From a virus, in the IMG/VR virus record IMGVR_UViG_3300002057_000001, positions 1 through 54,813 of that record: a DNA stretch of 54,813 nt; one strand, written 5' to 3'. How positions within the stretch are numbered: the stretch's first letter is position 1; each line of letters starts with the position of its first letter. Under the pieces are notes generated by a model. It was given only the letters and a program-made list of their open reading frames with translations, was not told the origin of the DNA and searched no databases. Positions 24,207 to 33,754 of the stretch are shown in pieces. The position numbers and the translations under genes are program-made.

Positions 24207-25361
24207 ATGAATGAGATTATTGACCAGCACAGCGGCGAGGTTCTGACCGGCTCTGATGCCATTGAAGCAACATCAATGGTGCAGGGCTTGGCAAAGGCTG
24301 AGATTGATCAGCAGATTGCCACCGCTCACAAGTTCCCGCGTAGCGTCACCCGCTCAGTGAGCAACATGGTCAGCCTTGCAACCCTCAGCCGGGATGCCGC
24401 TGCTGAGTGCAACTATGCTCTGCCACGAGGCGGCAAGAGCATCACCGGCCCGTCAATCCGCATGGCAGAATTGGTTCACTCTCAGTGGGGGAATTGCCGT
24501 GTTGGTGCCCGCGTCGTTCATGTTGACCGGGTTGAAAAATACCTTGAGGCAGAGGGCATCTTTCACGATCTGGAAAGCAACGCAGCCACTACGGCCCGCG
24601 TCCGGCAAAAGATCAGTGATCGCAACGGCAAACTTTTCAATGATGACATGATCACCATTGCAGGAAATGCCGCCTGCTCAAAAGCGAAGCGCAACGCGGT
24701 TCTTGCTGGGGTGCCCAAGGGCGTTTGGATGGCGGCCTATGAGGCAGCCCTTGCCACGGTCAAGGGTGACGCCAAGACGCTGACAGAGCGCCGTGAGGGC
24801 GCAATGCGCGCCCTCGGCGCTTTCGGGGTGACGCCTGACATGATTTTCACTGCCCTTGAGATTGAGGGCATTGAGGAAATCACCCTTGAACACATGCCCA
24901 CGCTGATTGCATGGCACACCGGCCTCAAGAATGAGGAATCAACGGTTGAACAGCTTTTCGGGAAACCGGGCAGCGGTGAAAAGGCGACGGGCAAAGGCAA
25001 AGAAAAGCCCAAGGATGAAACCCTGAAAGGCAAGCTGGCTGATGTCGGGGCTGAGGATGAGGCTGCTGATGAGGATGCAGGCAAGAGTGAGCCTGCCGCT
25101 GATGGGCAGGATCAGGGGGCCGCTGAGCAGGATCAGGGGAAAGGTGAGCCTGATGATGCTGACAGCGCCTCAGACGGTGATGAGGGCGGCCCTGATCAGG
25201 GTGCTCTTGACGAAGCCTCTGACCGTGGCTCAGCAGCGGCCCTGAAAGGCAGAGCGCGCGGGGCGCTTCCTGCCGGTATCAAAGGAAACCCGGCGCTGAC
25301 AAAGGCGTTTCAGGAAGCCTATGACGCTGAGAAAACCCGCATGAAGGAAGGGAAAACTTAA
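24207..25361 (+). CDS. candidate single-strand annealing protein with a long acidic C-terminal tail
   Basis: The context is exonuclease, this gene, helicase, SSB. The core contains GPSIRMAELVHSQWGN and CSKAKRNAVLAGVP. The tail is rich in D, E, G and A. Confidence 0.4.
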   Translation: MNEIIDQHSGEVLTGSDAIEATSMVQGLAKAEIDQQIATAHKFPRSVTRSVSNMVSLATLSRDAAAECNYALPRGGKSITGPSIRMAELVHSQWGNCRVGARVVHVDRVEKYLEAEGIFHDLESNAATTARVRQKISDRNGKLFNDDMITIAGNAACSKAKRNAVLAGVPKGVWMAAYEAALATVKGDAKTLTERREGAMRALGAFGVTPDMIFTALEIEGIEEITLEHMPTLIAWHTGLKNEESTVEQLFGKPGSGEKATGKGKEKPKDETLKGKLADVGAEDEAADEDAGKSEPAADGQDQGAAEQDQGKGEPDDADSASDGDEGGPDQGALDEASDRGSAAALKGRARGALPAGIKGNPALTKAFQEAYDAEKTRMKEGKT

Positions 25362-26479
25362 TGAAACTATCACCGCAACAGGAACAAGCGGTGAAAGCGG
25401 TGCGCGCATGGTTGCGCGCATCGGGCGGCCCTCAGACGTTTTACCTTGCGGGATTTGCCGGAACCGGCAAAACGACGCTTGCCAAGTTGCTTGCAGGCGA
25501 TATTGGAAACGTAGTTTATGCCGCGTTCACAGGCAAAGCCGCCCTTGTGCTTGAGAGCAAGGGGTGCAGCCCCTCAAGCACGATCCACAGCCTGATTTAC
25601 AAGATCAAGGATCACAACAGCCCCATTCCTGAATTCATCATTGATCGTGACAGCGAAGCGCGATTCGCTGACTTGATCATCATTGATGAGGTTTCGATGG
25701 TAGGGGATGACCTGGGCCGCGATCTTCTTTCATTCGGCACAAAGATTCTTGTTCTTGGCGACCCGGCCCAGCTTCCTCCTGTCCAATCAGAGCGGGAAAA
25801 GGAAACGGGCAAAGGGCAAGGCTTTTTCACTCGCCATGATCCTGATGTCATGCTGACTGAGGTTCACCGGCAGGCCGCTGATAACCCGATCATCAAGATG
25901 AGCATGATCATCAGAGAGGGCGGCAAGCTGGAATTGGGCACCTATGGTGAAAGCAAGGTAATCACCAAAGCTGATCTTGATGCAACTCAGGTGCTTGCTG
26001 CTGATCAAGTAATTGTCGGGCTTAATAAATCCCGTCGCCTCTACAATGGACGCATCAGAAACCTGAAAGGGTATAAAGGCCGCTTTGTTGTTGGTGAGCG
26101 AATTGTAACGCTCAAGAACAACAAAGAAAAAGGCATCTTGAATGGCGGGCTTTGGGACGTAACAAAAATAGTTCGCTCAGATGCAGACGTTACCAGCCTT
26201 CATGCCATGCCGGTTGATGTTGGCATGAGCCAAGAACACGCGGTTATTCGCACTCATCATGCTTGGCTTGATGGAAAGGAAAATAATCTCAACTGGAAAT
26301 TCAAACTCCAATTCAGCCCCGCTGATTATGGTTATGTCTTGTCATGCCATAAGGCGCAGGGGTCACAATGGAATGATACTCTGATCTTTGATGAGAGTGC
26401 CAGCTTTCGAGATAACGCGCGCCAATGGCTTTATACCGCGATCACACGCGCAGCCATCCGCACAACAGTTGTTGTTTAA
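25361..26479 (+). CDS. RecD/Dda-like SF1 DNA helicase
   Basis: Walker A is GFAGTGKTT and Walker B is IIIDEVSMV. Further motifs are LVLGDPAQLPPV, VHRQ and SCHKAQGSQW. Confidence 0.8.
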   Translation: MKLSPQQEQAVKAVRAWLRASGGPQTFYLAGFAGTGKTTLAKLLAGDIGNVVYAAFTGKAALVLESKGCSPSSTIHSLIYKIKDHNSPIPEFIIDRDSEARFADLIIIDEVSMVGDDLGRDLLSFGTKILVLGDPAQLPPVQSEREKETGKGQGFFTRHDPDVMLTEVHRQAADNPIIKMSMIIREGGKLELGTYGESKVITKADLDATQVLAADQVIVGLNKSRRLYNGRIRNLKGYKGRFVVGERIVTLKNNKEKGILNGGLWDVTKIVRSDADVTSLHAMPVDVGMSQEHAVIRTHHAWLDGKENNLNWKFKLQFSPADYGYVLSCHKAQGSQWNDTLIFDESASFRDNARQWLYTAITRAAIRTTVVV

Positions 26480-26517
26480 CCCCCGGCTCAACTGAGCCGA
26501 AATCTGAGGATACTGAA

Positions 26518-26925
26518 ATGGAACCCACCCAGATGATCTTGATGATTGCTGGCCCGGTCATTGCCGTTGGCGGCATGATCTATTTTCCGATGAGGGCCAA
26601 GCTGAATGATCAGCGCCGCGCGGTGCGGGCATCTTATGATGCCCTCACCGCCTCAAATCGCTCTATGGACAAGCTGACTGAGGCGGCAAACCGCATCAGC
26701 GGGCTTGAGGCTGAGGTTGAGGGGCTGCGAGCCAACCTCTTTGATGAGGTGAAGGCGAAAGAGAAAACGGCACAGACGCTGAGCAAGGTCACGGCCTTTG
26801 CCGCTCGCCTGCAGCGGGCCGTGGTTGAGGCCGCTGATGCCCCGACGCATGAAGAATTGCGCGAGGCGCTGAAAGGCGCTCATGAGCCGCGCGAAACCGA
26901 AATCACAACTATCAAAAAGGACTGA
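26518..26925 (+). CDS. membrane-anchored coiled-coil protein
   Basis: Start refined to MEPTQMILMIAGPVIAVGGMIYF, with GAGGA 8 nt upstream. Confidence 0.55.
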   Translation: MEPTQMILMIAGPVIAVGGMIYFPMRAKLNDQRRAVRASYDALTASNRSMDKLTEAANRISGLEAEVEGLRANLFDEVKAKEKTAQTLSKVTAFAARLQRAVVEAADAPTHEELREALKGAHEPRETEITTIKKD

Positions 26926-26930
26926 TCAAC

Positions 26931-27416
26931 ATGGCTGGATTTCAGCAGGTAATCGTATGCGGACGGCTGGGCCGTGATCCTGAGGTGAAGTCGTTTCAGA
27001 ACGGCGGAAAGATTTGCAACCTGAGCGTTGCGACATCTGAGAAATGGAAAGACAAGAACAGCGGGGAAATGAAAGAGCGGACGGAATGGCACCGCATTTC
27101 TATTCTGGCTGAGGGGGCTGCGAACGTCGCTGAGAAGTACCTGCGGAAAGGCTCAGAGGTGCATATCGTCGGCAAGCTGGAAACGCGGAAATGGCAAGAC
27201 CAGCAAGGCAACGACAAATACACCACTGAGATTGTCGTTCGCCCCTATGGGGGCGGAATCACCCTCATAGGAGGGCGCAGCAACGGTGAAGGCGGGGGCG
27301 GCTCATCTGGGGGCAGCTATTCCGGCAACAGCGGGGGCGGCCAATCCTCAGGCGGGGGATACAGCGGGGGCGGGGGTGGCGGCAGCGCTGACCTTGATGA
27401 CGAAATACCGTTCTAA
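26931..27416 (+). CDS. ssb: single-stranded DNA-binding protein
   Basis: The OB-fold N-terminus reads VIVCGRLGRDPEV...TEWHRI. A Gly-rich linker and the C-terminal DLDDEIPF tip follow. Confidence 0.9.
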   Translation: MAGFQQVIVCGRLGRDPEVKSFQNGGKICNLSVATSEKWKDKNSGEMKERTEWHRISILAEGAANVAEKYLRKGSEVHIVGKLETRKWQDQQGNDKYTTEIVVRPYGGGITLIGGRSNGEGGGGSSGGSYSGNSGGGQSSGGGYSGGGGGGSADLDDEIPF

Positions 27417-27441
27417 GCGCGAAAGCCTGAAAACGAAAAAA

Positions 27442-27479
27442 AGCCCCCCTCAGCGCCGAAACGCTGAGGGGGGCTTTTT
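27442..27479. terminator. bidirectional intrinsic terminator between convergent blocks
   Basis: A 14-bp stem AGCCCCCCTCAGCG / CGCTGAGGGGGGCT is flanked by an A-run and TTTT. Confidence 0.75.
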
Positions 27480-27506
27480 GATGCCAGATCAAGCGGGCAT
27501 GACGCC

Positions 27507-28511
27507 CTATGTAGGATAGTTCAAATCTAGCGTTGTGATGAAACCTGATCCGCGATTGTAGACGTGTTTCACAGAATTGATTTTGTAGGAACCATCAGCG
27601 CCACCACGGGCACCGATCACAAGACACTCAGCCTCAGAGGCAGCCATCACCTCACCCTCAAGGGTGACGGTTCCGGCACCTGATTTCTTTTGGCTCATTG
27701 CCTTCAATTCATTTGCCTTGTTCTCAGCGGCGGCCTTGTCCTCAGCTTCAAACCTGCCGGTTGCTGCTGCCTCTGATCCTTCAATTCCGGTATCAACCTC
27801 AACCTGATCCCATTGAGCGGTGGCCTTGTCATAGAACCGCACAATGATTTTCGCGTACCGATGCCGCCCGATATAGGGCGCGATGTCCCAATCATGCAGG
27901 TTCTCTGCATAGACGGCCTCAATTACCGGCAGAGGGGCACCCGTAGGGGTGCGCCCGCTGTTCATCAGGGCCATCACAGCAATGTTGTCACGTATCTTGA
28001 ACGTGCCCCCTATCTCACGGGCAAGACGCTCACCAAAGGCGATGAATGACTCGTTGTCCATGTGTTCATATTCACGAACAATCCCGGCAAGATCATCATC
28101 AACACGAATATCTGTGATCCCTGCCGGTTGACCGGCAGCGACAAGCATTTCTTTGATTGAGAGGTCATCAAAATTGCGGTTTTGAGGCTCTTTCAACCGG
28201 CTTGCGGTATCAATGCCCTTGGCTGTGATGTGAATGGTCCGGCCACCTCTGCCGCCTTTGCTCCGCACCTCATCAATCTTGCCCACAAACACCTGAGCGA
28301 TTCCCTTGCCCTTGAAGCCAAGAGAGATTGAGCAAAGGGCGTTCTCTTTCGGAAAGATCAGATTGCCCTCTGAATCATCAATGATGATCGACGCCTGATC
28401 TGCGCTCACCCCGGCACGATCCTGAGTGCTGATTGATTGCAAGATTTTTTCAATCCGCGCGGTGATGTCTGTGCCGTCAATTACTACGGCAAAAACGGCC
28501 TGTTGCCTCAT
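27507..28511 (-). CDS. P2 gpD / Mu gpP-like tail protein (late control D family)
   Basis: Start refined to MRQQAVF. The size, its position after gpU and gpX, and overall sequence character fit this family. Confidence 0.75.
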   Translation of the reverse strand: MRQQAVFAVVIDGTDITARIEKILQSISTQDRAGVSADQASIIIDDSEGNLIFPKENALCSISLGFKGKGIAQVFVGKIDEVRSKGGRGGRTIHITAKGIDTASRLKEPQNRNFDDLSIKEMLVAAGQPAGITDIRVDDDLAGIVREYEHMDNESFIAFGERLAREIGGTFKIRDNIAVMALMNSGRTPTGAPLPVIEAVYAENLHDWDIAPYIGRHRYAKIIVRFYDKATAQWDQVEVDTGIEGSEAAATGRFEAEDKAAAENKANELKAMSQKKSGAGTVTLEGEVMAASEAECLVIGARGGADGSYKINSVKHVYNRGSGFITTLDLNYPT

Positions 28512-28515
28512 CAGA

Positions 28516-28764
28516 TCAATCCCAGAGTGATACGGTTTCAACAACCTGTTCATCATCAGGCGTCTGCTCAACAGGAACAATCACCTCAAGGCCAGGGGGC
28601 AGGTATTCCCCCTGATCCACTATGCGCGGGTTCACATCCATGATCCGCTCAACCAACCCCGGCTTGGGCTGATGAAAGCGATTCCAGACCAACCGGGAAA
28701 GGGTCATACCCTCACCCGTGATCTTGATTTTCTCCATAGAGAATTGAGCGCTTGTTTCAGCCAT
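28516..28764 (-). CDS. P2 gpX-like tail protein (LysM-like)
   Basis: 82 aa. The pattern TLSRLVW......G.VE.I...NP.....G..LP.G..V is present, and the position is syntenic. Confidence 0.65.
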   Translation of the reverse strand: MAETSAQFSMEKIKITGEGMTLSRLVWNRFHQPKPGLVERIMDVNPRIVDQGEYLPPGLEVIVPVEQTPDDEQVVETVSLWD

Positions 28765-29183
28765 TACAGCAACCCCGATGTGATCCGAAAGAGGGCATCA
28801 GCGTTTGGTGCTTTTGCCCGCCTCAGCTTCATGCTGACGGCTGTTTTCTGTCCGACACCATCACCGGCAAGATCAGTTTCAGATGTCGTGACGTTGAGGA
28901 TGACAACCCAGCCCATCGGCTTTCCGTCACCGCGTTGCAGCCATTGCGTCTCACCTTGAGCGCGCATCCGTTGCAGCAGAGCAAGTTCATCAAGGCCGCC
29001 CAAAACCTTAGGAAAGAGGGTGCCGGAAAGGGTGAAAGTATTGGCACCCTCTCCGACATACTCAGGCGGGGATTCCGCCCCTACAATCGGCTTCCAAACG
29101 AAATCAGTGTCACCGCTTGTGATGACACGATCCACGTTGAACGGCTGCACCTTGATAGTCAAAGTTCCCAACTTGTAGAGCAT
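28764..29183 (-). CDS. P2 gpU-like tail protein
   Basis: 139 aa. MLYKLGTLTIKVQPFNVD, TFTLSGTLFP and LQRGDG match the gpU pattern, and the position is syntenic. Confidence 0.7.
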   Translation of the reverse strand: MLYKLGTLTIKVQPFNVDRVITSGDTDFVWKPIVGAESPPEYVGEGANTFTLSGTLFPKVLGGLDELALLQRMRAQGETQWLQRGDGKPMGWVVILNVTTSETDLAGDGVGQKTAVSMKLRRAKAPNADALFRITSGLL

Positions 29184-32100
29184 CAGGTTATCCCATCAAA
29201 ATGCGCGCCGCGCATCGTCTGTGAAAGCGCCTGCTCAAGTTCTCGGCGCAAGTCAGAGACGAGGCCGGGGATGTCTTGAGCAAGCCCTATTTCAATCCGC
29301 TCAATGGTGAGGTGAACGGGCCGATTCCCTTGCGCCTGTGCTGGGGCGGCAGCGCGAGGGGTGACAGGGGCAGCAGCAGCCTGCAAGGCAGTGAAGCCGT
29401 CACGGACGGCCTGAGCCACCCCTGACAGCCCCTCAGGGCGCTCAGGGGCCGTTGCGGCCCCGTCTGCGCCTGCTGACATCACTTGCTGAGTGATGCCGCC
29501 TGAGGCATCGCCCAGCGAGCGGCGGGCACCTCTGAAAGCGCCTGTCACCTGCCCAGAGATACCGCGAAGCATTGCAGCGGTTTCCCGTGCGTTGTGAACG
29601 AAACCATCTTGCCCGAATTCGACAACCTCAGGCCCGTCCTCACCCACAAGATACCGGCCACCGCGCCGGACAGGGCCGCCGCTGCGCCGCTTGCCGTCAA
29701 GAGGCACAGCAGCCTCAGTCTTGACCGGCCCGCCAGAAAGCCCCCGGATTTCCGCTGAAAGCTGCCTTGCGTGAGCAAGGGCTGTATCAATGGATTCCCG
29801 GTTGATTTCAGGGTTCACCTCAGTTTCACCCGCTGCCTGAATGGCAGCGCGCAATTCATTGGCCCGCGCCGTTGCGTATTCTTGATCCGCTGTTAATTCA
29901 GCAAGCTTTTCCTTTTCCCATTCAAGGTCATTATCTCGACTGTCAAAAGCACTGCCAAAAGTGTTTTCACTCATAGGCTTTGCAGCAAGATCAGCCTCAA
30001 GAGCGGTGATAGCCGCCATTCTGGCGGCTATGCTTGCATCAAGGTCAGCCAAGCGCTCTGCTGTAGGCAAAGCAGAATCATTATCTGCATCTTGAAGCGT
30101 CTGAACGGCTTCCTGCTGCTGCTCAGGCAGCACAGTGAAATCATCAGGGATTTTGTCTGATCCGGTCAGAACCTTCCACCAATTAGGAGGTTCCGGCCAT
30201 TTGATGATGTCGCTGAGGTTGATGCTGCCGATTGCCTCAATGATCATTGACGGGATAGAGCGCACCCATTCAAGCATAGAGGCAATGCCGGACTTTGCCC
30301 CGGCCAGCAGATCACTGAGCATTTCCTTGCCGTGCCCAAACAGCTTGGGCAGATCAAGGGCAGGCCATTCCGGCCAAGAGAACACGGGCAGGTTCGGCCA
30401 CAGGAAGGCGCTAAACGCTTTCTGTGCCCATTCCAGCAGCTTGAGCGCAGGCAGAGACGGTGACAGCAGGATAGGCCATGACGGCCAGGACAGCGCCCCC
30501 CATTCCCCGGACGCCCAACCTGAGAGGTTCAGGGAGGGCATCTGTAGCTTGGGAAAGGACGGCCATTCAAACGCAGGCAGCCCCGGCCATTCAAAACCTT
30601 CAAATGCTGAGGCAGCCCACCGGGCAAGGTTAAGAGACGGGAAAGTGATAGACAACATTGAGGGCCAAGAGGGCCATTCAAAGCTGTTCCACGCATCCCG
30701 CGCCCAAGAAACTAGACCAAGATCAGGCAGGCTCAGTTTCGGGAAATCAGGCCAAGAGAATTCAGGGATTGCAGGCCAAGAGAAAGCCCCGGTGAACGCG
30801 CTCCAATCCACCTCAGGCAGCCAGCCATCCCAAGAAAACGCGCCGACGATTGCGCCCCAATCTATCTTGGGCAAATACTCATCCCAGCCGAGGGGCTTGA
30901 TGAGGAAGTTCCACAGCAATTCACCGGCAAGAACAGCCCAGCCAATTCCGGGGATGAGGCGTGATCCCCATTTGAGAGGGGTGAGCAGCGCCCGCCATGA
31001 CAACCGGCCAGCAAGGTTCCGCCAACTGATTGACGGGATAAAGCTGAGCCAGCGCAGAGGGCTGAGAAATGACAGCCAACGCAGGCGCGGGATGTAGGCA
31101 CCCCAGCGCATAGCAGACACCGCTGATCCCCAGCCAAGGCGGGGCAGGAAGGATGCCCAGCGCAACGGGGAAAGGAACCGTGCCCAAGACAGGCGCGGCA
31201 CAAGCGCCCCCCACCTGAGCGCGCTTGTAAAGCCGCTCCATGCCATGCGCGGGATAAACTGCGCCCACCTCAGCGGGGTCAGAGCGTTCCGCCATGTGAA
31301 CCGTGAGATTGCGCCGAGCGTCCTTTCAACGCGGGCAACACCGGGAATGGCGCGGGCAATGCCGCCCATGCCGGTTGCAATCTTGCCAAGCAGCCCGATC
31401 CGCTGCCCGCTCATAGCGCCCAAGGCGGTTTGCAGGGCAATAGCGTTGCGCGCGGCGGCAATCGCCCCGATTGAGGCGCGGCCTACCGTGTTGAAGCCAA
31501 GGGACAGCATAGACAGGGCACCGCCCCGGCCAAGCAGACCAACAAATTTGAGGCCAGCCATTGCGACTTTGAAACCGATCAGCGCGGTTGCAACCTGCAC
31601 GATGCTTGAAACAAGAACAGGATTCTCAGTTGAGAATTTATCAATCCAACCGACAACCGGAATCAGCTTTTCCACAAGCGCAGTGAAACCCGGAATCAGA
31701 GCGTTGCCGACACTGATTGACAGGCTTTCCGTTGCTGAATTGAGACGCTTCAAAGCCCCTGCTGTGTTGTCGTTCATCTTCATGGCAACGCGAGAGGCGC
31801 TACCCATTTCATGCAGGCTCTTGGTGTATTCTTGAAGCGCGCCGCTTCCGGCTTGCCCCAGCAAAACAGTTGCGGCGCTTGCGGCCTCCATCCCAAATAC
31901 GTGGGCGAGAGTTTCCGTTTTCGCGGCGGTGCCCATGCCCTCCATCGCCGCGTTCATTTCGGCTAAAATAGTTGGGACATCGCGCAGGTTGCCATTTGCG
32001 TCTTTTGTCTGAATTCCAAGACTGCTAACAGCTTTTTCCGCTTCTTCTATGCCACTCATAGCCTCATTCATTTCGGCTAAAATAGTTGGCATGTCACGAA

Positions 32101-33046
32101 GATCACCATTGGCGTCTCTAATTTCAACGCCGAGGCTTCTGATAACCTTTTCTGCTTCTTCCGAACCTCCCATAGCGGAGTTTACTTCTGATAAAATGTC
32201 AGGCGTATCTCGCAAAACTCCGTTTGCATCCTGCATTTCAAGACGAAGATTTTCGATAGCTTTCGCCGCCTTCCGGGGCGGGGCAGAAAGCCGAGTGAAC
32301 ATCGCGCGCAGCGCTGTACCGGCCTGTGAGCCTTGAATACCGGCATCGCCCAGCTTGCCTGCCATCGCGGCAGTTGTCTCAATAGATGCGCCGACAGCCG
32401 CCGCAACAGGGGCGACATAGGACATAGTGTTGCCAAGCATTTCAAGGTTCGTGTTCGATGACGTGAACGTGTTTGTGAGGACATCACCAACACGGCCCAT
32501 TTCACCGGCCTCAATAGCAAAACCGCTCAGGATATTTGACGCGATGTCAGCGGTACGGCCAAGATCAGCGCCGCTTGCGCTGGCAAGGTCAAGCATTCCC
32601 GGCATTGCCGCAACAACGTCATTGACGCTGAAACCTGCCATAGACAGGAATTCCATGCCCTGAGCCGCCTGTGAGGCTGACCATGCAGTCTCAGCGCCCA
32701 GCTTGCGCGCCGTAGATGTCAGCAGGCTCAGTTGAGTGTCAGAGGCGCGTGAGACAGCACCAACCTTTGACATTGCAGCTTCAAAGCCAATAGCGGCATT
32801 GATAGGGGCACCGATTGCAGTTTTCAGCGCATAAAAACCCGCGACGGCATCAACCATGCCGCCGCGCGCTCGATCAAGTGACGCCTCATTCTGTCTGATT
32901 GCCCGGTTCAGCCCTTGACCAAAGGTCAGACGGCTGCCGTTCTCAGTGGTGCGGCGGATGCCCAGCAGGCTTTTCTGCACCGCCCGCGCGGGGCCGCTCA
33001 CGTCATTGATGAGGCGAACGATAAGTGATGACGTGAGCGTTTTCAT
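29183..33046 (-). CDS. tail tape measure protein
   Basis: 1287 aa. The N-terminal tape-measure core contains GAETAWSASQAAQGMEFLSMAGF. Internal repeats are present, and the position is syntenic. Confidence 0.9.
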   Translation of the reverse strand: MKTLTSSLIVRLINDVSGPARAVQKSLLGIRRTTENGSRLTFGQGLNRAIRQNEASLDRARGGMVDAVAGFYALKTAIGAPINAAIGFEAAMSKVGAVSRASDTQLSLLTSTARKLGAETAWSASQAAQGMEFLSMAGFSVNDVVAAMPGMLDLASASGADLGRTADIASNILSGFAIEAGEMGRVGDVLTNTFTSSNTNLEMLGNTMSYVAPVAAAVGASIETTAAMAGKLGDAGIQGSQAGTALRAMFTRLSAPPRKAAKAIENLRLEMQDANGVLRDTPDILSEVNSAMGGSEEAEKVIRSLGVEIRDANGDLRDMPTILAEMNEAMSGIEEAEKAVSSLGIQTKDANGNLRDVPTILAEMNAAMEGMGTAAKTETLAHVFGMEAASAATVLLGQAGSGALQEYTKSLHEMGSASRVAMKMNDNTAGALKRLNSATESLSISVGNALIPGFTALVEKLIPVVGWIDKFSTENPVLVSSIVQVATALIGFKVAMAGLKFVGLLGRGGALSMLSLGFNTVGRASIGAIAAARNAIALQTALGAMSGQRIGLLGKIATGMGGIARAIPGVARVERTLGAISRFTWRNALTPLRWAQFIPRMAWSGFTSALRWGALVPRLSWARFLSPLRWASFLPRLGWGSAVSAMRWGAYIPRLRWLSFLSPLRWLSFIPSISWRNLAGRLSWRALLTPLKWGSRLIPGIGWAVLAGELLWNFLIKPLGWDEYLPKIDWGAIVGAFSWDGWLPEVDWSAFTGAFSWPAIPEFSWPDFPKLSLPDLGLVSWARDAWNSFEWPSWPSMLSITFPSLNLARWAASAFEGFEWPGLPAFEWPSFPKLQMPSLNLSGWASGEWGALSWPSWPILLSPSLPALKLLEWAQKAFSAFLWPNLPVFSWPEWPALDLPKLFGHGKEMLSDLLAGAKSGIASMLEWVRSIPSMIIEAIGSINLSDIIKWPEPPNWWKVLTGSDKIPDDFTVLPEQQQEAVQTLQDADNDSALPTAERLADLDASIAARMAAITALEADLAAKPMSENTFGSAFDSRDNDLEWEKEKLAELTADQEYATARANELRAAIQAAGETEVNPEINRESIDTALAHARQLSAEIRGLSGGPVKTEAAVPLDGKRRSGGPVRRGGRYLVGEDGPEVVEFGQDGFVHNARETAAMLRGISGQVTGAFRGARRSLGDASGGITQQVMSAGADGAATAPERPEGLSGVAQAVRDGFTALQAAAAPVTPRAAAPAQAQGNRPVHLTIERIEIGLAQDIPGLVSDLRRELEQALSQTMRGAHFDGIT

Positions 33047-33051
33047 AGTCG

Positions 33052-33399
33052 CTATCCCAATCGGTAGAGTTTCATCAGGCGTAGCGCCTGCGTCTGCATC
33101 TTGAGCAGTCGCGGCCCCTCAATGAGTTCAACATCAGGCCAAGGAATGTTGAAGAAATGCGAGATATTCGCAGTTACCTCATCCTCATTCTGAGTGAACC
33201 ATTGAGCCAGCGCGATTACTGGGGCTGATCCGTCACCGTTGCTGCCGGTCCCGGTTCCGTCACGGCTGCCGTCGCCGGTTCCGCTGCTGCCGCCTCTGTC
33301 ACCGGCTCGCCCTGAGGTGCCGGTTCCGTCACCGCTTCCGGTTCCTCGACTTCCTCCGGTTCCGGCTCGGCCAGGGCGAACAGGTCCGACAACAAAGGG
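33052..33399 (-). CDS. -1 frameshift extension (E'-like) of the tail assembly chaperone
   Basis: The slippery heptamer C CCT TTG (33399..33393, zero frame) is present. The -1 frame is open from there to TAG at 33054..33052, 5 nt before the tape measure ATG. The extension ends ...IALAQWFTQNEDEV..NIPWPDVELIEGPRLLKMQTQALRLMKLYRLG. Confidence 0.5.
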   Translation of the reverse strand, partial: PFVVGPVRPGRAGTGGSRGTGSGDGTGTSGRAGDRGGSSGTGDGSRDGTGTGSNGDGSAPVIALAQWFTQNEDEVTANISHFFNIPWPDVELIEGPRLLKMQTQALRLMKLYRLG

Positions 33400-33656
33400 G
33401 CCATCTTTTCACCGGCCCCCTTAATGTCTGCCGGGTGCAGTTCATCGGCAAAGCCCTCAGGCGCATCAGGCGCGAAATGCGTGATCAAGTCCATCGTCTC
33501 AGGCAGGCCCATTTCACCGCCACCTTGGCCCAGGTTCATCGCGTCGATTGCCCGCAGCGCTTTGCCGTTCGGCATCTTGAGCGTGAGGACAGTGACTTCC
33601 TCATCACCAACAGTCACAGGATACTTGAGGGTGTAGCTTTCCGTTTCCCAATTCAT
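33216..33656 (-). CDS. tail assembly chaperone (P2 gpE-like) with a Pro/Glu-rich tail
   Basis: Start refined to MNWETES, with AAGGA 8 nt upstream. It lies between the tube and tape measure genes. Confidence 0.6.
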   Translation of the reverse strand: MNWETESYTLKYPVTVGDEEVTVLTLKMPNGKALRAIDAMNLGQGGGEMGLPETMDLITHFAPDAPEGFADELHPADIKGAGEKMAPLLSDLFALAEPEPEEVEEPEAVTEPAPQGEPVTEAAAAEPATAAVTEPGPAATVTDQPQ

Positions 33657-33688
33657 CAGGATCATCCTTTTCAGTGCTTTGCAGATAC

Positions 33689-33723
33689 AAAAAAAGCGGC
33701 CCCGGCTTCATTGCCGGGGCCGC
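33689..33723 (-). terminator. intrinsic terminator/attenuator after the tail tube gene
   Basis: The minus strand shows an 11-bp stem GCGGCCCCGGC / GCCGGGGCCGC with a 6-nt loop, followed by TTTTTTTG. Confidence 0.7.
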
Positions 33724-33754
33724 TGTGATGTCAGTTCAGGGCATCAGCCCTGCG

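Noticed and set aside
30135-31097. 320-aa plus-strand ORF
   Set aside because: It is antisense to the Trp-periodic part of the tape measure gene. Its open frame is a by-product of the repeat (CCA antisense of TGG).
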